From assembly GCA_963422395.1 (NCBI GenBank), contig OY729431.1, positions 1,056,001-1,120,000 on the forward strand: a stretch of DNA of 64,000 nucleotides. The letters run 5' to 3'. The notes below the pieces were generated by a model. That model was not told where the DNA came from. It did not search any database and saw nothing but the letters and a program-made list of their open reading frames with translations. Made by a program: the position numbers and the translations under genes. Shown in pieces: positions 8,253-18,526 of this stretch. Source of the DNA: Vicinamibacteria bacterium. Lineage in GTDB: Bacteria > Acidobacteriota > Vicinamibacteria > Marinacidobacterales > Marinacidobacteraceae. How positions within the stretch are numbered: position 1 is the stretch's first letter; every line of letters starts with the position of its first letter.

Positions 8253-9893
8253 TCAGTGCCGCGACTCTTCCGCTGCCGAGTCCGGATTGGGGTCCGGATC
8301 AGGGCGCACCGTCGGGTACTCGATTCCGAGTTGCTCCAGGTAACTGTCGTAGCGGTTGGGGTCGTAGTAGAACGGGCGCATCTCCTCCCGGAAGGCGTCC
8401 ATGCGGTCCTCGTTGCGATGGATCGCCGGCGGGTCGTCGGGGCCGATCAGCGGGGTGTACTGGTGCTCGCTGGTCTGCTCGGCGAAGTATTCCTTCGCGG
8501 CCGGCACCAGTTCCGGGTCGAGGAACAGGTCCATGAGTGTCATGGCGATCACCCGCGCTCCGGCGACCGCGCCCTTGTGGGCGATCGGGGTCGCCATCGC
8601 CACCGCGTTCGCCCAGTGGTGGCCGGGGCCGCCGGGGATGTTCGACGGGAAGCGCAAGGTGACCGTCGGAACATTCCAGGAGATGTCCCCGATGTCGTCC
8701 GATCCGCCTCCTAGCCTCGGCTCCGGCGCCGGGCCGCCGATCTCCCCGAGTTCGGTGGCGAGGCCCTGCTCCTCGACACCGAGTTCTCGCTGGAGCCCAT
8801 GGGCGAGCGCCTGGTCCGCCTCGCTCCATTCCGGAAGCCCTACCCGCTCGATGTTGGCCCAGACCGCCTCCGCGACCGGCTTGTTGAAGTACCGGGGATA
8901 GGCGTGGCCCAGGATGCGCCAGGAGACCTCGGTGTCGGTCATGGCGGCGGCGGCTTCCGCCATCGTGTTGCCGAGGTCGAACAACTCCTGCATTCCCGAC
9001 TGTTCCAGCTCGCGAAAGTAGTACCAGACGGACGCCAGCTGCGGCACCACATTCGGCTGGTCCCCTCCGTTGGTGATCACATAGTGCGAGCGGTGCGGCA
9101 GCCGCAGATGCTCCCGCTTGTAGTTCCAGGCGGTGTTCATGATCTCCACCGCGTCGAGGGCGCTCCGCCCGCGCCAGGGCGCGCCCGCGGAGTGCGCCGA
9201 TTCGCCGCGGAAGGTGTACTCGACGGAAACGAGGCCGTTGCCGCCGCCCTGTCCCCAGCTCACCCCGAAACGCGAGGAGACATGGGTGAAGATGCAGACA
9301 TCCACATTCTCGAAGTAGCCGTCGCGGAGGAACCACGCCTTGCTCCCCACCAGCTCTTCTGCGACTCCGGGCCAGAGGACGATGGTCCCCGGAATGCCCT
9401 CGCGCTCCATCACCTCCTTCGCGGCGAGCGCACCCGCCACGATCACCGCCTGTCCCGAGTTGTGCCCCTCGCCGTGGCCCGGGGCACCCTCGACCAACGG
9501 ATCGTGATACGCCACTCCCGGCTTCTGGGACGCCTTCGGGATCCCATCGATGTCGCTGCCGAGCGCGATCACCGGCGATCCGGAGCCCCAGCGGGCGATC
9601 CACGCTGTCGGTATTCCGGAGATCGCCTCTTCGACTTCGAATCCCTGCTCGCGCAGGATCCCGGTGAGGTAGCGGGAGGTCTCGACTTCCTGAAAACCGA
9701 GCTCTCCGAAGCTGAAGATGGAGTCCACCATAACCTGCACCAGCTTGGCCCGCTCGGACGCCCCCTGTTCTGCCACCGGGCGCAGCGTTTCCAGATCCTG
9801 CGCCGCGAGCGGGGCGGCGAGCAGGGCAGTGACCGGGAAAGCGAACAGGGCGGCCGGCAGCAGCAGCCGGCGCTTCACGAACGGAGTGGGCAT
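8253..9893 (-). CDS. Secreted M20-family amidohydrolase (AbgB-like)
   Basis: Signal peptide; ELGFQEVETS, GHGEGHNSG, VAEELVG, SAHSAGAPWRGRSALDA, GSDDIGDISW. Confidence 0.85.
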   Translation of the reverse strand: MPTPFVKRRLLLPAALFAFPVTALLAAPLAAQDLETLRPVAEQGASERAKLVQVMVDSIFSFGELGFQEVETSRYLTGILREQGFEVEEAISGIPTAWIARWGSGSPVIALGSDIDGIPKASQKPGVAYHDPLVEGAPGHGEGHNSGQAVIVAGALAAKEVMEREGIPGTIVLWPGVAEELVGSKAWFLRDGYFENVDVCIFTHVSSRFGVSWGQGGGNGLVSVEYTFRGESAHSAGAPWRGRSALDAVEIMNTAWNYKREHLRLPHRSHYVITNGGDQPNVVPQLASVWYYFRELEQSGMQELFDLGNTMAEAAAAMTDTEVSWRILGHAYPRYFNKPVAEAVWANIERVGLPEWSEADQALAHGLQRELGVEEQGLATELGEIGGPAPEPRLGGGSDDIGDISWNVPTVTLRFPSNIPGGPGHHWANAVAMATPIAHKGAVAGARVIAMTLMDLFLDPELVPAAKEYFAEQTSEHQYTPLIGPDDPPAIHRNEDRMDAFREEMRPFYYDPNRYDSYLEQLGIEYPTVRPDPDPNPDSAAEESRH

Positions 9894-10169
9894 CGGAACG
9901 AACCTCTCTTGGGCGGTAGCGTATGCCCCCGCGGGGCTCGCCGGAGGCGGCGGAGTGTATCGGCGGCGGATTGCCGCGGACCCGTCGTTTCCGCGGGCTT
10001 CCGGGTGGCGGCGAATAGGACGCGCGGAACCCGGTGCGGCGCGTCGACTGCCGCGGAGGGGGCGGCGAGCCGTGGGCGGAGTGGAGAACGGGGCTCGCCG
10101 GTCGGCGGCCGCATGACTTCGGTAGCGGACTGCTAATCTCCCTCTCGCCAGGAGGCTTTCGGCGCCGCT

Positions 10170-10251
<82 letters not shown>

Positions 10252-10292
10252 TGAGCCCGTCGCCGGACACCAGCGAGTTCGTGGACAAGCAG

Positions 10293-11609
10293 ATGAAGCC
10301 GCCGTCCGATGCGGAGCGCATTCCAGGGCTCGGCTTCCGGCTCGAAACGGAGAGTTCCTCCCGGCGCGCGATCGAGGTAACGGTCCCGGCCGCCGTCTTC
10401 GAGGAAGCGGTGCAGGAGGAGCTGCGCCGGATTCGCCGGCGCGCCCACCTGCGCGGCTTCCGCAAGGGGAAAGCCCCCCTCGAGAGGATCGAGCGGGCCT
10501 ACGGCGACGACGCCAGGGAACGTGCCATCAGCCGTCTGGTGGCCCGCGCCACCCGCGAGAGCCTCCACGAGCTCGGCGTCGCGCCGCTCGATACGCCGGA
10601 GGCACGGATCGAAGGGGCCGAGCGGGGGGGAGCACTGACCGCCCGGCTGACCTTCAGTGTCTGGCCGGACCTCGGAACGGTGGATTTCTCCGGCATCGAG
10701 GTCGAAGACCCGAAGAGCTCGATCACCGAATCCGATATCGGGGAAACGCTGGAGCAGATGCGGATCGAGCGGGCGACCCCCGGACCGATCACCGATCGCG
10801 GCATCCAGGACGACGATTTCGTCGTGGGCGACCTCGAGGAGTCGGACACTGCCGAGGGAAGTGCGTGGTTGCGAAAAACCGAGGGAGTCGCGTTTCGGGT
10901 GGGGACCGGGGCCTACCACCCCGCACTCCACGAAGCGCTCCAGGGCGCCCAGGCCGGCGATACCGTGATCGCCACCGCCCGCTTCGGAGAGGAGTCGCCG
11001 GATCCGGACCGCGCGGGGCGGGCGCTGCGGGCGCAGTTCGAGATCGGGAAAGCGGCCATGCCGGTGCTACCGCCGCTCGACGATGCTTTCGCCCGCAGCG
11101 TGGGTGCGAACTCGCTGCTCGCACTGCGCGGCGACATCCGCGACCGGCTGCGTGAGCGCGCTGCGGCGGACGACCGCCGCGAACTGGCGAACCGGTTGGT
11201 GGCCGCTCTGCTGGAAAAGAATCCCGTGGAGCCTCCGGTGCCGCTCGTGCAGGGGGATCTCGACAATCGGGTGCAGCTCCTCGCCGCGGGCATGGAGGAG
11301 CGCGGAATTCCTCCGGAACAGGTGGAGGCGGAGCTCAGGCGGCGTCTTCCGGAGCTGCGCGCCAACTGTGAGAGCACGGTCGCTTCTGCGATCCTGCTGG
11401 ATGCGCTGGCTGATCAGGAGAACATCGAAGCATCCGAGGAAGTGGTCTCCGAACGCATCGGCGCCCTGGCCGAGCGGCAGAAGAAGACTCCTGCCGCTCT
11501 CCGGGCGGCGATGGAAGGTGACGGGCAGCTCGATCGCCTCCGCACCGGACTTCGGCGGGATGCGGCGATAGAGTTTCTCCGGGAACGGGCGCGGCGGACC
11601 ACGGTCTGA
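10293..11609 (+). CDS. tig: Trigger factor (start uncertain: 10251 or 10293)
   Basis: Ribosome-binding signature LRGFRKGKAP, LPPLDDAFA; tRNA-Leu-tig-clpP-clpX synteny. Confidence 0.9.
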   Translation: MKPPSDAERIPGLGFRLETESSSRRAIEVTVPAAVFEEAVQEELRRIRRRAHLRGFRKGKAPLERIERAYGDDARERAISRLVARATRESLHELGVAPLDTPEARIEGAERGGALTARLTFSVWPDLGTVDFSGIEVEDPKSSITESDIGETLEQMRIERATPGPITDRGIQDDDFVVGDLEESDTAEGSAWLRKTEGVAFRVGTGAYHPALHEALQGAQAGDTVIATARFGEESPDPDRAGRALRAQFEIGKAAMPVLPPLDDAFARSVGANSLLALRGDIRDRLRERAAADDRRELANRLVAALLEKNPVEPPVPLVQGDLDNRVQLLAAGMEERGIPPEQVEAELRRRLPELRANCESTVASAILLDALADQENIEASEEVVSERIGALAERQKKTPAALRAAMEGDGQLDRLRTGLRRDAAIEFLRERARRTTV

Positions 11610-11719
11610 GTGCCTGAGTGAAACCGGAGGAATCCACTTGGGAAGATCCCGGCAGTGACGGTTTTCGTCCCAGTCAGGCGGTAATCTGCTTCCGGGCTCC
11701 GGGAGGAAGGAAGATACTC

Positions 11720-12343
11720 ATGAAACCCGAAATCCGCGATCAGGTGTTGATTCCCCATGTCATCGAGCAGACCGGCCGGGGAGAACGCGCCTATGACATC
11801 TACTCTAGGCTGCTCAAAGACAGCATCGTCTTCATCGGGCAACAGATCACGGATTCTCTCGCCAATACCGTCGTGGCTCAGCTGCTTTTCCTCGAAGCGG
11901 AAGATCCCCAAAAGGAAATTTCCCTGTATATCAACTGTCCGGGCGGTTCGGTGAGCGCGGGGCTCGCGATCTACGACACGCTGCAGTTCATTCGTCCCGA
12001 TGTGACGACGTATTGCCTGGGGCAGGCGTCCAGTATGGGGGCGATCCTGTTGGCGTCGGGGGCGGTCGGCAAGCGCTTCGCTCTGCCCAACTCCACGATC
12101 ATGATCCATCAACCCCTCGGCGGGGTCGAGGGGCAGGCGACCGATATCCAGATCCGGGCCAATGAGATCGTGCGGGTGCGGTCCCGGCTGATCGAGATCC
12201 TCGCCCGGCACACCGGCCGGGATGCCGCGGAGATCGCCCGCGACATCGAGCGGGATCACTTCATGACCGCCCAGGACGCCCGTGAGTACGGAGTGGTGGA
12301 CCAGGTGATCGAACGCCGGGTGACTTCGGAAACCGACAGCTAG
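11720..12343 (+). CDS. clpP: ATP-dependent Clp protease proteolytic subunit
   Basis: [19 protein letters not shown] (catalytic Ser), MIHQP, RDHFM; purine-rich SD upstream. Confidence 0.97.
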   Translation: MKPEIRDQVLIPHVIEQTGRGERAYDIYSRLLKDSIVFIGQQITDSLANTVVAQLLFLEAEDPQKEISLYINCPGGSVSAGLAIYDTLQFIRPDVTTYCLGQASSMGAILLASGAVGKRFALPNSTIMIHQPLGGVEGQATDIQIRANEIVRVRSRLIEILARHTGRDAAEIARDIERDHFMTAQDAREYGVVDQVIERRVTSETDS

Positions 12344-12373
12344 TCATGACCTTGCGATAGGTTGTTCATGCGA
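12344..12373 (+). mobile_element. Decayed IS481 left-end remnant at the clpP CTAG
   Basis: CTAG-TCATGACCTTGCGATAGGTTGTTCATGCGA versus the IS481 end CTAG-CTGTGACCTTGCGGTAGGTTGTTCACGCGA. Confidence 0.7.
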
Positions 12374-12461
12374 TCCTCAAGACCGGACCAGTTCTTCTGC
12401 TCGGAGTGGTGCTTGGCGCGGTTCTGCCGGGATGCCTCGCCGGTCGGCTGCCGAGTGGCTC

Positions 12462-12481
12462 CATCCACGGGCTGCTAGAAT
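12462..12481 (+). promoter_or_regulatory. Solo MITE-A terminus forming extended -10 TGCTAGAAT for clpX
   Basis: CATCCACGGGCTGCTAG matches the MITE TIR; TAGAAT at 12476-81 lies 10 nt before GTG 12492. Confidence 0.6.
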
Positions 12482-12491
12482 CGAGAGCGCT

Positions 12492-13802
12492 GTGCCAACC
12501 AGGGGGAAGCGGTCGAGCGGCGGACCCACCGACAATCTGACCTGCTCCTTCTGTAACAAGCGGCAGGGATCCGTCGGCAAGCTGATCGCCGGGCCCGATC
12601 GGATCTTCATCTGTGATGAATGCGTCGCCATATGTAACGACATCATCGCGGACAAGGGGAGGGTGCCGTCGCCCGAGACCCGGCGCAAGCAGCCGCTTAC
12701 TCCGGAACAGATCAAGTCGCGTCTCGACGACTATGTGATCGGTCAGGAGGAAGCCAAGAAGAAACTCGCGGTTGCGGTCTATAACCACTACAAACGGGTC
12801 CGGCTCACCCGGCACGGAGGCTCGGGTCAGGAAACCGTGGAGCTGAGCAAGAGCAATGTCCTGCTGCTCGGAGAGACGGGAACCGGAAAGACACTCCTCG
12901 CCCAGACGCTCGCCCGAATCCTCGAAGTTCCGTTCACTATCGTGGACGCCACCACTCTGACCGAAGCCGGCTATGTCGGCGAGGATGTCGAGAACATCAT
13001 CTTGAAACTCCTGCAGGCCGCGGACGGCGATATCGCCCGCGCCCAGGAAGGCATCATCTATGTGGACGAGATCGACAAGGTGTGCCGCAAGGAGGAAAAC
13101 CCTTCGATCACCCGGGATGTCTCGGGCGAGGGAGTGCAGCAGGCGCTGCTCAAGATCGTCGAGGGGACGGTGGCGAGCGTTCCCCCCCAGGGAGGCAGGA
13201 AACACCCGCACCAGGAGTTCCACCAGGTGGACACCACGAACATCCTGTTCCTCTGCGGCGGGGCTTTCGTGGGACTCGAATCCATCATCGAACGCCGCAT
13301 CGGTGAAAAGGCGCTGGGTTTCGGCGCCGCCGTTCCGGAGAGCGCGCGGGCGCGGCGGGACGCTACCCTCGACCAGCAGCAGCCCGCCGACCTGATCCGT
13401 TACGGGCTCATTCCCGAGTTCGTCGGCCGTCTGCCGGTGGTCGCGACTCTTCGGAACCTGGGCGAGCGCGAGCTCATCCGGATCATGACCGAACCCAGGA
13501 ATGCCATCGTGAAGCAGTACCAGGCGCTGCTGCGCGACGAGGGCGTCGAGTGCCGCTTCACCGACGACGCCCTCGAGTCGATCGCGGTCCAGGCCGTCGA
13601 GCGCAACCTCGGGGCCCGCGGACTCCGGATGATCATCGAAGACCTGATGCTCGATCTGATGTATGACCTGCCCTCGCGGAAACAGGTGCGCGAGGTCGTG
13701 GTCACCCGGGAATTCGTTGTCGGACAAGCCGATCCGGTCACCGTGCTTTCCCGAAAAGCAGCCCCCGAAGCCGCCCGAAAAGCTACCCAAAAAGCTGGCT
13801 GA
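12492..13802 (+). CDS. clpX: ClpX ATPase
   Basis: Zinc finger CSFC...ICDECV, Walker [36 protein letters not shown] loop. Confidence 0.97.
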   Translation: MPTRGKRSSGGPTDNLTCSFCNKRQGSVGKLIAGPDRIFICDECVAICNDIIADKGRVPSPETRRKQPLTPEQIKSRLDDYVIGQEEAKKKLAVAVYNHYKRVRLTRHGGSGQETVELSKSNVLLLGETGTGKTLLAQTLARILEVPFTIVDATTLTEAGYVGEDVENIILKLLQAADGDIARAQEGIIYVDEIDKVCRKEENPSITRDVSGEGVQQALLKIVEGTVASVPPQGGRKHPHQEFHQVDTTNILFLCGGAFVGLESIIERRIGEKALGFGAAVPESARARRDATLDQQQPADLIRYGLIPEFVGRLPVVATLRNLGERELIRIMTEPRNAIVKQYQALLRDEGVECRFTDDALESIAVQAVERNLGARGLRMIIEDLMLDLMYDLPSRKQVREVVVTREFVVGQADPVTVLSRKAAPEAARKATQKAG

Positions 13803-13874
13803 CTGCCGAAGCGGCTGCCGGCCTTCGGTCGGGCGTACCGCCCGGCGCGCTGCTCCTTTCTCTACTTCTCTCGA

Positions 13875-14522
13875 ATGACCGCCACCATGCCGCAAAGAAC
13901 GCGGGCGCCCGCCGTCTTCGTGACGAGCGCCGCTGCTGCCGCCGGTTTCCCGCCGCCGGCGATGCCCGAGGTGGCGTTCATCGGACGCTCGAATGTGGGG
14001 AAGTCGAGCCTATTGAACCGGCTCGCCGGAGCGCGGCGCCTCGCGCAGGTGTCGAAGACGCCCGGTCGCACCCGGACCGTCAATTTCTTCGATGTCGGGG
14101 GGAACCACCGGTTGGTGGACCTTCCGGGGTACGGGTTCGCGAGGATTCCGGATGCGGTGCGAGCCGGATGGGAAGACCTCGTCCTCGCCTATCTCACCGA
14201 CCGCGAAAGTCTGGTACTGCATCTGCTGCTCGTGGACTCGCGGCGCGACCCGCTCGCAAGCGACCGCGAGGCGTTCGCCCTGCTTCGCGGCACCGGGCGG
14301 GCGGTTGCAGTGGTCGCCACCAAGGTGGACCGGATGCGGCGCGGTGAGACGCGCTTGCGGCTGCGGCTGCTCGAAGAGGCGTACGGCGAAGGCGGGGCGA
14401 TTCCGGTGATCGCCTGTTCGACGGTCACCCTCCTCCCGCGGGCCGGAGTTCCGTCGGGTGCGCTCTCGGGGATCTCCGAGGTTCGGCGGCTCATCGCCGA
14501 GAAGGTAGAGGCATGGCGCTGA
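13875..14522 (+). CDS. engB: Ribosome-biogenesis GTPase YihA/YsxC
   Basis: PEVAFIGRSNVGKSS, SKTPGRT, DLPGYG, TKVD. Confidence 0.95.
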   Translation: MTATMPQRTRAPAVFVTSAAAAAGFPPPAMPEVAFIGRSNVGKSSLLNRLAGARRLAQVSKTPGRTRTVNFFDVGGNHRLVDLPGYGFARIPDAVRAGWEDLVLAYLTDRESLVLHLLLVDSRRDPLASDREAFALLRGTGRAVAVVATKVDRMRRGETRLRLRLLEEAYGEGGAIPVIACSTVTLLPRAGVPSGALSGISEVRRLIAEKVEAWR

Positions 14523-15874
14523 GTTTCGGCACCGGCGGCGCCCGCCATCGGTCCCGCCGGAGCTTTCGGGCGGGGTCCCGGATTCCGGGGAAGGCCGCGC
14601 CTGGTGTCGTTCGGGTGTTCCGGACTGCAGAACTCGCGCGGATGCGCCCGGGCGAGCTGCAGGAAGTGGCCGAGTCCCTCGGCATCGAGACTCCCGACGC
14701 TCTCCCCCGGAAGGATCTGCTCTATCGGATCGTCGACGCCCAGACGGCACGCGGAGGTCGGGTCATCGCCCAGGGAACGCTGCATCGCCTCGTGGAGGGC
14801 TTCGGCTTCCTCCGTTCTCCGATCAACTCCTACCTGCCGGGGCCGAACGATGTCTATGTCTCGCCGATGCAGGTGCGCCACTTCAATCTCAGGAACGGCG
14901 ACCTGTTGCTCGGCGACATCCGCCGGCCGCGGGGGGGCGAGCGTTACTTCGGCCTGAAGAATCTGGAGCTGGTCAACGGCGAACCGGCGGCCGAAAGGCC
15001 CGAGCGGCCCGAGTTCGAAGCGCTGACCCCGCTGCACCCCGACCGGAGGATTCGGTTGGAGAACGGCTCGGCGGATCTGGCTTCGCGGATCGTGGATCTC
15101 GTGGCACCGATCGGGGCCGGCCAGCGGGGTCTCATCGTGGCGCCGCCCCGCGCGGGCAAGACGGTTCTGCTGCAATCCTTCGCGAACGCCATCCAGCGGA
15201 ACCATCCGGAGATCGATCTTTTCGTGCTGCTGGTGGACGAACGACCGGAAGAGGTTTCGGACATGCTCCGGAATGTTCGGGGAGAAATCCTGAGTTCCAC
15301 CTTCGACGAGCGCTCCATCCGGCACATCCAGGTCGCCGAAATGGCGATCGACCGGGCGAAACGGCTCGTGGAGATCGGACGGGATGTGGTGATCCTGCTC
15401 GATTCGCTGACCCGGCTGGCGCGTGCCTACAACCACACGAAAGCGGCGGCGCGGGGGCGACTGCTTTCCGGGGGCATGGACGCGAGTGCGATCCAGTATC
15501 CGAAGAAATTCTTCGGCGCTGCGAGGAACATCGAGGGCGGCGGATCCCTGACCATCCTGGCCACCGCGCTGGTGGATACCGGCAGCCGGCTCGACGATGT
15601 GGTGTACGAGGAGTTCAAGGGCACCGGGAACCTGGAGATCCACCTCGATCGGCATCTGCTCGAACAGCGGCTGTTCCCCGCCATCGATCTCCACCAGAGC
15701 GGCACGCGCCGGGAGGAGCTGCTCCTTTCCGATGAAGAGCTCCAGCGCATGTCGGTGCTCCGCCGGGTGCTCGCCCCGCTCGAACCACTGGAAGCGATGG
15801 CGCTCATGATCGGCAAGATGCAAGAGACCCGGACGAATGCCGATTTCCTGAGCGCGATGACATCGTCCGATTGA
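14513..15874 (+). CDS. rho: Transcription termination factor Rho (start may be up to ~130 nt downstream)
   Basis: [57 protein letters not shown]. Confidence 0.96.
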   Translation: MALSFGTGGARHRSRRSFRAGSRIPGKAAPGVVRVFRTAELARMRPGELQEVAESLGIETPDALPRKDLLYRIVDAQTARGGRVIAQGTLHRLVEGFGFLRSPINSYLPGPNDVYVSPMQVRHFNLRNGDLLLGDIRRPRGGERYFGLKNLELVNGEPAAERPERPEFEALTPLHPDRRIRLENGSADLASRIVDLVAPIGAGQRGLIVAPPRAGKTVLLQSFANAIQRNHPEIDLFVLLVDERPEEVSDMLRNVRGEILSSTFDERSIRHIQVAEMAIDRAKRLVEIGRDVVILLDSLTRLARAYNHTKAAARGRLLSGGMDASAIQYPKKFFGAARNIEGGGSLTILATALVDTGSRLDDVVYEEFKGTGNLEIHLDRHLLEQRLFPAIDLHQSGTRREELLLSDEELQRMSVLRRVLAPLEPLEAMALMIGKMQETRTNADFLSAMTSSD

Positions 15875-15915
15875 GTCTCCCCCTCGAGTTCTCATGCTAC
15901 GATCCCGGCCCTCTC

Positions 15916-16164
15916 GTGCGCGCCGGCATCCATCCTCCGTACCAGGAAATCAAGGTGGCCTGCGCCTGCGGCGCGAGTTTCTCGACTCGCTCCACCCGGA
16001 AGACCGACCTCCGTCTCGAGATCTGTTCCGCCTGCCACCCGTTCTTCACCGGAAAGCAGCGGATCATCGACTCCACCGGACGGGTCGAGCGGTTCCGCCA
16101 GAAGTTCGGCCAGGTCCAGTCGAAGCGTCTGGCGAAACAGCAGTCGCCGCAAGCGGCTTCCTGA
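15916..16164 (+). CDS. rpmE: 50S ribosomal protein L31 (zinc-binding type)
   Basis: [36 protein letters not shown]; TGCTACGAT -10 at 15895-15903. Confidence 0.96.
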   Translation: MRAGIHPPYQEIKVACACGASFSTRSTRKTDLRLEICSACHPFFTGKQRIIDSTGRVERFRQKFGQVQSKRLAKQQSPQAAS

Positions 16165-16237
16165 TCCTGCCGGCGAGCCGCTCGCCGGCCCCTCGCCGGC
16201 GGTGGCAGTGGCAGGAGCGACCCCGGGTATTTGCTCC

Positions 16238-17335
16238 ATGAACCCGAAAGGCGACTTCGCCCCCGGCCTAGCGGCCTCGCTGGCAGCCGCGGAAAAGCGC
16301 TACCTCGAGGTGACCGAGCGCCTCGCCGATCCGGCAGTTCTCGCTGATCCGGCCAGGCTTCGCCAGCTGTCCTCAGCCCACGGCGAACTCCAGCCGCTCG
16401 TCGAAGCGGGCGAGTGGATGCGCACTCTCCGGGCCCGGCTCGCAGACGCGCTCGCGCTCGAGGACGACCCGGACGAGGAGATAGCCCGGCTCGCCGCCGA
16501 GGAAGCCTTGGCGGCCCGCGGCGCGCTCGCCGACGCCGCCGCTGCGATCCGTCGGCTGCTGCTGCCGAAGGACCCGAACGACGATCGGAATGTCCTCCTC
16601 GAGGTCCGGGCAGGAACTGGCGGCGAGGAAGCGGCGCTCTTCGCCCGCGAAATCTTCCGGATGTACGAGCAGTACAGCCGGTCGCGGGGATTCGGAGTGG
16701 ATGTCGTTTCGCAGCAGGAATCTGCGGTCGGCGGGCTCCGCGAGATCGTTGCGGTGATCGAAGGTCGGGGCGCCTTCAGCAGGCTGAAGTTCGAGAGCGG
16801 TGTGCACCGGGTGCAGCGGGTCCCGGCGACCGAGGCCTCCGGCCGTATCCACACTTCGACGGTGACCGTCGCCGTGCTTCCCGAAGCCGAGGAGGTCGAG
16901 GTCCGGCTGGATCCGAAGGAGCTTCGAGTGGACACCTTCTGCTCTTCGGGGCCGGGCGGACAGAGCGTGAACACGACCTACTCGGCGGTGCGGATCACCC
17001 ATCTGCCATCGGGAGTCGTGGTGAGTTGCCAGGATGAAAAGTCCCAGGTCAAGAACAAGGCGAAGGCGCTCCGGGTGCTTCGCTCCCGCCTGCTCGATCT
17101 CGCCCGTGCCGAGGAACGCGAGCGGGTGGCGCAGGAGCGGCGCGGACAGGTCGGGCGCGGAGACCGCAGCGAGAAGATCCGTACCTACAACTTCAAGGAG
17201 AACCGGATCACCGACCATCGCATCGGCCTGACCCTCCACGCGCTTCCCGCAGTGCTCGGCGGGGAGCTCGACGCCCTCATCGAGCCATTGCAGGCCAGCG
17301 AACAGTCCGAGCGGCTCCAGGCGCTCGAGCTCTGA
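16238..17335 (+). CDS. prfA: Peptide chain release factor 1
   Basis: GGQ motif (GPGGQSVN), PxT motif (RVPATE), RSEKIRTYN. Confidence 0.97.
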   Translation: MNPKGDFAPGLAASLAAAEKRYLEVTERLADPAVLADPARLRQLSSAHGELQPLVEAGEWMRTLRARLADALALEDDPDEEIARLAAEEALAARGALADAAAAIRRLLLPKDPNDDRNVLLEVRAGTGGEEAALFAREIFRMYEQYSRSRGFGVDVVSQQESAVGGLREIVAVIEGRGAFSRLKFESGVHRVQRVPATEASGRIHTSTVTVAVLPEAEEVEVRLDPKELRVDTFCSSGPGGQSVNTTYSAVRITHLPSGVVVSCQDEKSQVKNKAKALRVLRSRLLDLARAEERERVAQERRGQVGRGDRSEKIRTYNFKENRITDHRIGLTLHALPAVLGGELDALIEPLQASEQSERLQALEL

Positions 17336-17338
17336 GCG

Positions 17339-18337
17339 GTGGGCGCTGCGCCCACCGCCCGGGAAGCGAACCGCAGTGGGGCTCGGCGCCTCGCCGCCGC
17401 TGGGGTCTCCTCTCCGGCCTTCGATGCGGGGCTGCTGCTTCGCACCGCGGCGGGGTGGTCCGCGGCCGACCTCGCCGCCCGGCCGGAAGAGCGCCTGTCT
17501 CCGGCGGCGAGCGCCAGGTTCGACCGCCTGATCGGCGCCCGCGCCGCCCGCCGCCCCCTCCAGCACCTCACCGGAAGCGTCGAATTCTTCGGAGTCCCGC
17601 TCGCGGTCGGCCCCGAAGCGCTCGTTCCCCGACCGGACACCGAGACCCTCGTGGAAGCGGTGCTCGCCCGGCTCGCTTCGAAATCGGCGGCTCCGCTCCG
17701 GATCGCCGATGTCGGGTGCGGTTCGGGCGCGGTTGCGCTCGCGCTCGCCTCGCGCCTCCCGGGGTCCCGGCTCTTTGCGCTCGACTGCTCGGCGCCCGCG
17801 CTGGGCCTCGCGGCGCGGAATGTCCGGGACACCGGTTTCGGCGGGAGGGTCCGGATCGCTCGCTGCGACCTTTTGCGCGGGATTCGGAGCGGAGTGTTCG
17901 ACGCAGTGGCGGCGAATCTGCCGTACGTCCCCGATGCCGAAATCTCCCGCCTCCCGCCCGAAGTGCGGGATCACGAGCCGCGCCTCGCGCTCGCGGGCGG
18001 GTTCGACGGCCTCGAGCCGTTGCGCCGGTTCGCGCCCGAGGCGGCGCGGGCGCTCCGACCGGAGGGGGAGCTCTTCGTCGAGATCGGGGCCGGGCAGCGT
18101 CCCGCCGCGCAGGCGATCCTGGAGGCCGCCGGCTTCGGACCGGTCACGGCCTTTTCCGACCTCGCCGGGATCCCCCGCGTCCTCGCCGCCCCGCGCGCTC
18201 CAGAACCGAGCGGTGCCCCGAATTCTGAACCGCCGCCCTCCCAGCGGATATATCGTGACCTTCGACCGCGGCCAGGAAAAACACCTGCTGCGAGCAGTCC
18301 CGCAGGACTGATCGCGGCGCAGCGGGGGAAAGTGTGA
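17339..18337 (+). CDS. prmC: Release factor glutamine methyltransferase; C-terminus reads into a family B repeat
   Basis: LVPRPDTETLVE, DVGCGSGAV, NLPY (NPPY variant), HEPRLALAGG; follows prfA. Confidence 0.92.
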   Translation: MGAAPTAREANRSGARRLAAAGVSSPAFDAGLLLRTAAGWSAADLAARPEERLSPAASARFDRLIGARAARRPLQHLTGSVEFFGVPLAVGPEALVPRPDTETLVEAVLARLASKSAAPLRIADVGCGSGAVALALASRLPGSRLFALDCSAPALGLAARNVRDTGFGGRVRIARCDLLRGIRSGVFDAVAANLPYVPDAEISRLPPEVRDHEPRLALAGGFDGLEPLRRFAPEAARALRPEGELFVEIGAGQRPAAQAILEAAGFGPVTAFSDLAGIPRVLAAPRAPEPSGAPNSEPPPSQRIYRDLRPRPGKTPAASSPAGLIAAQRGKV

Positions 18338-18509
18338 AAGGGGGTCTACCCCCGTTCACGAATTTGGTAACTCGGAAGCCGAACTCGCTGCCTCCGGCGG
18401 CAGTTCGGCTTCCCGGCGCGAGGCGCCGGGCGCTTCGGGAGCGGGGCTCCCTCCCTCTTCCCCGAGAACGCCCGACGCCATCCCGACGCCCCGTTCCCGG
18501 ACCGCTCGG
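18259..18509 (+). repeat. Structured dispersed repeat family B, copy B
   Basis: Colinear with the reverse complement of 7852-8106 over ~250 nt. Confidence 0.85.
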
Positions 18510-18526
18510 GCGGATAGGATCGGGGC

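Noticed and set aside
13803-13874. Absence of lon between clpX and engB
   Set aside because: Direct clpX-engB adjacency is common and no relic is visible
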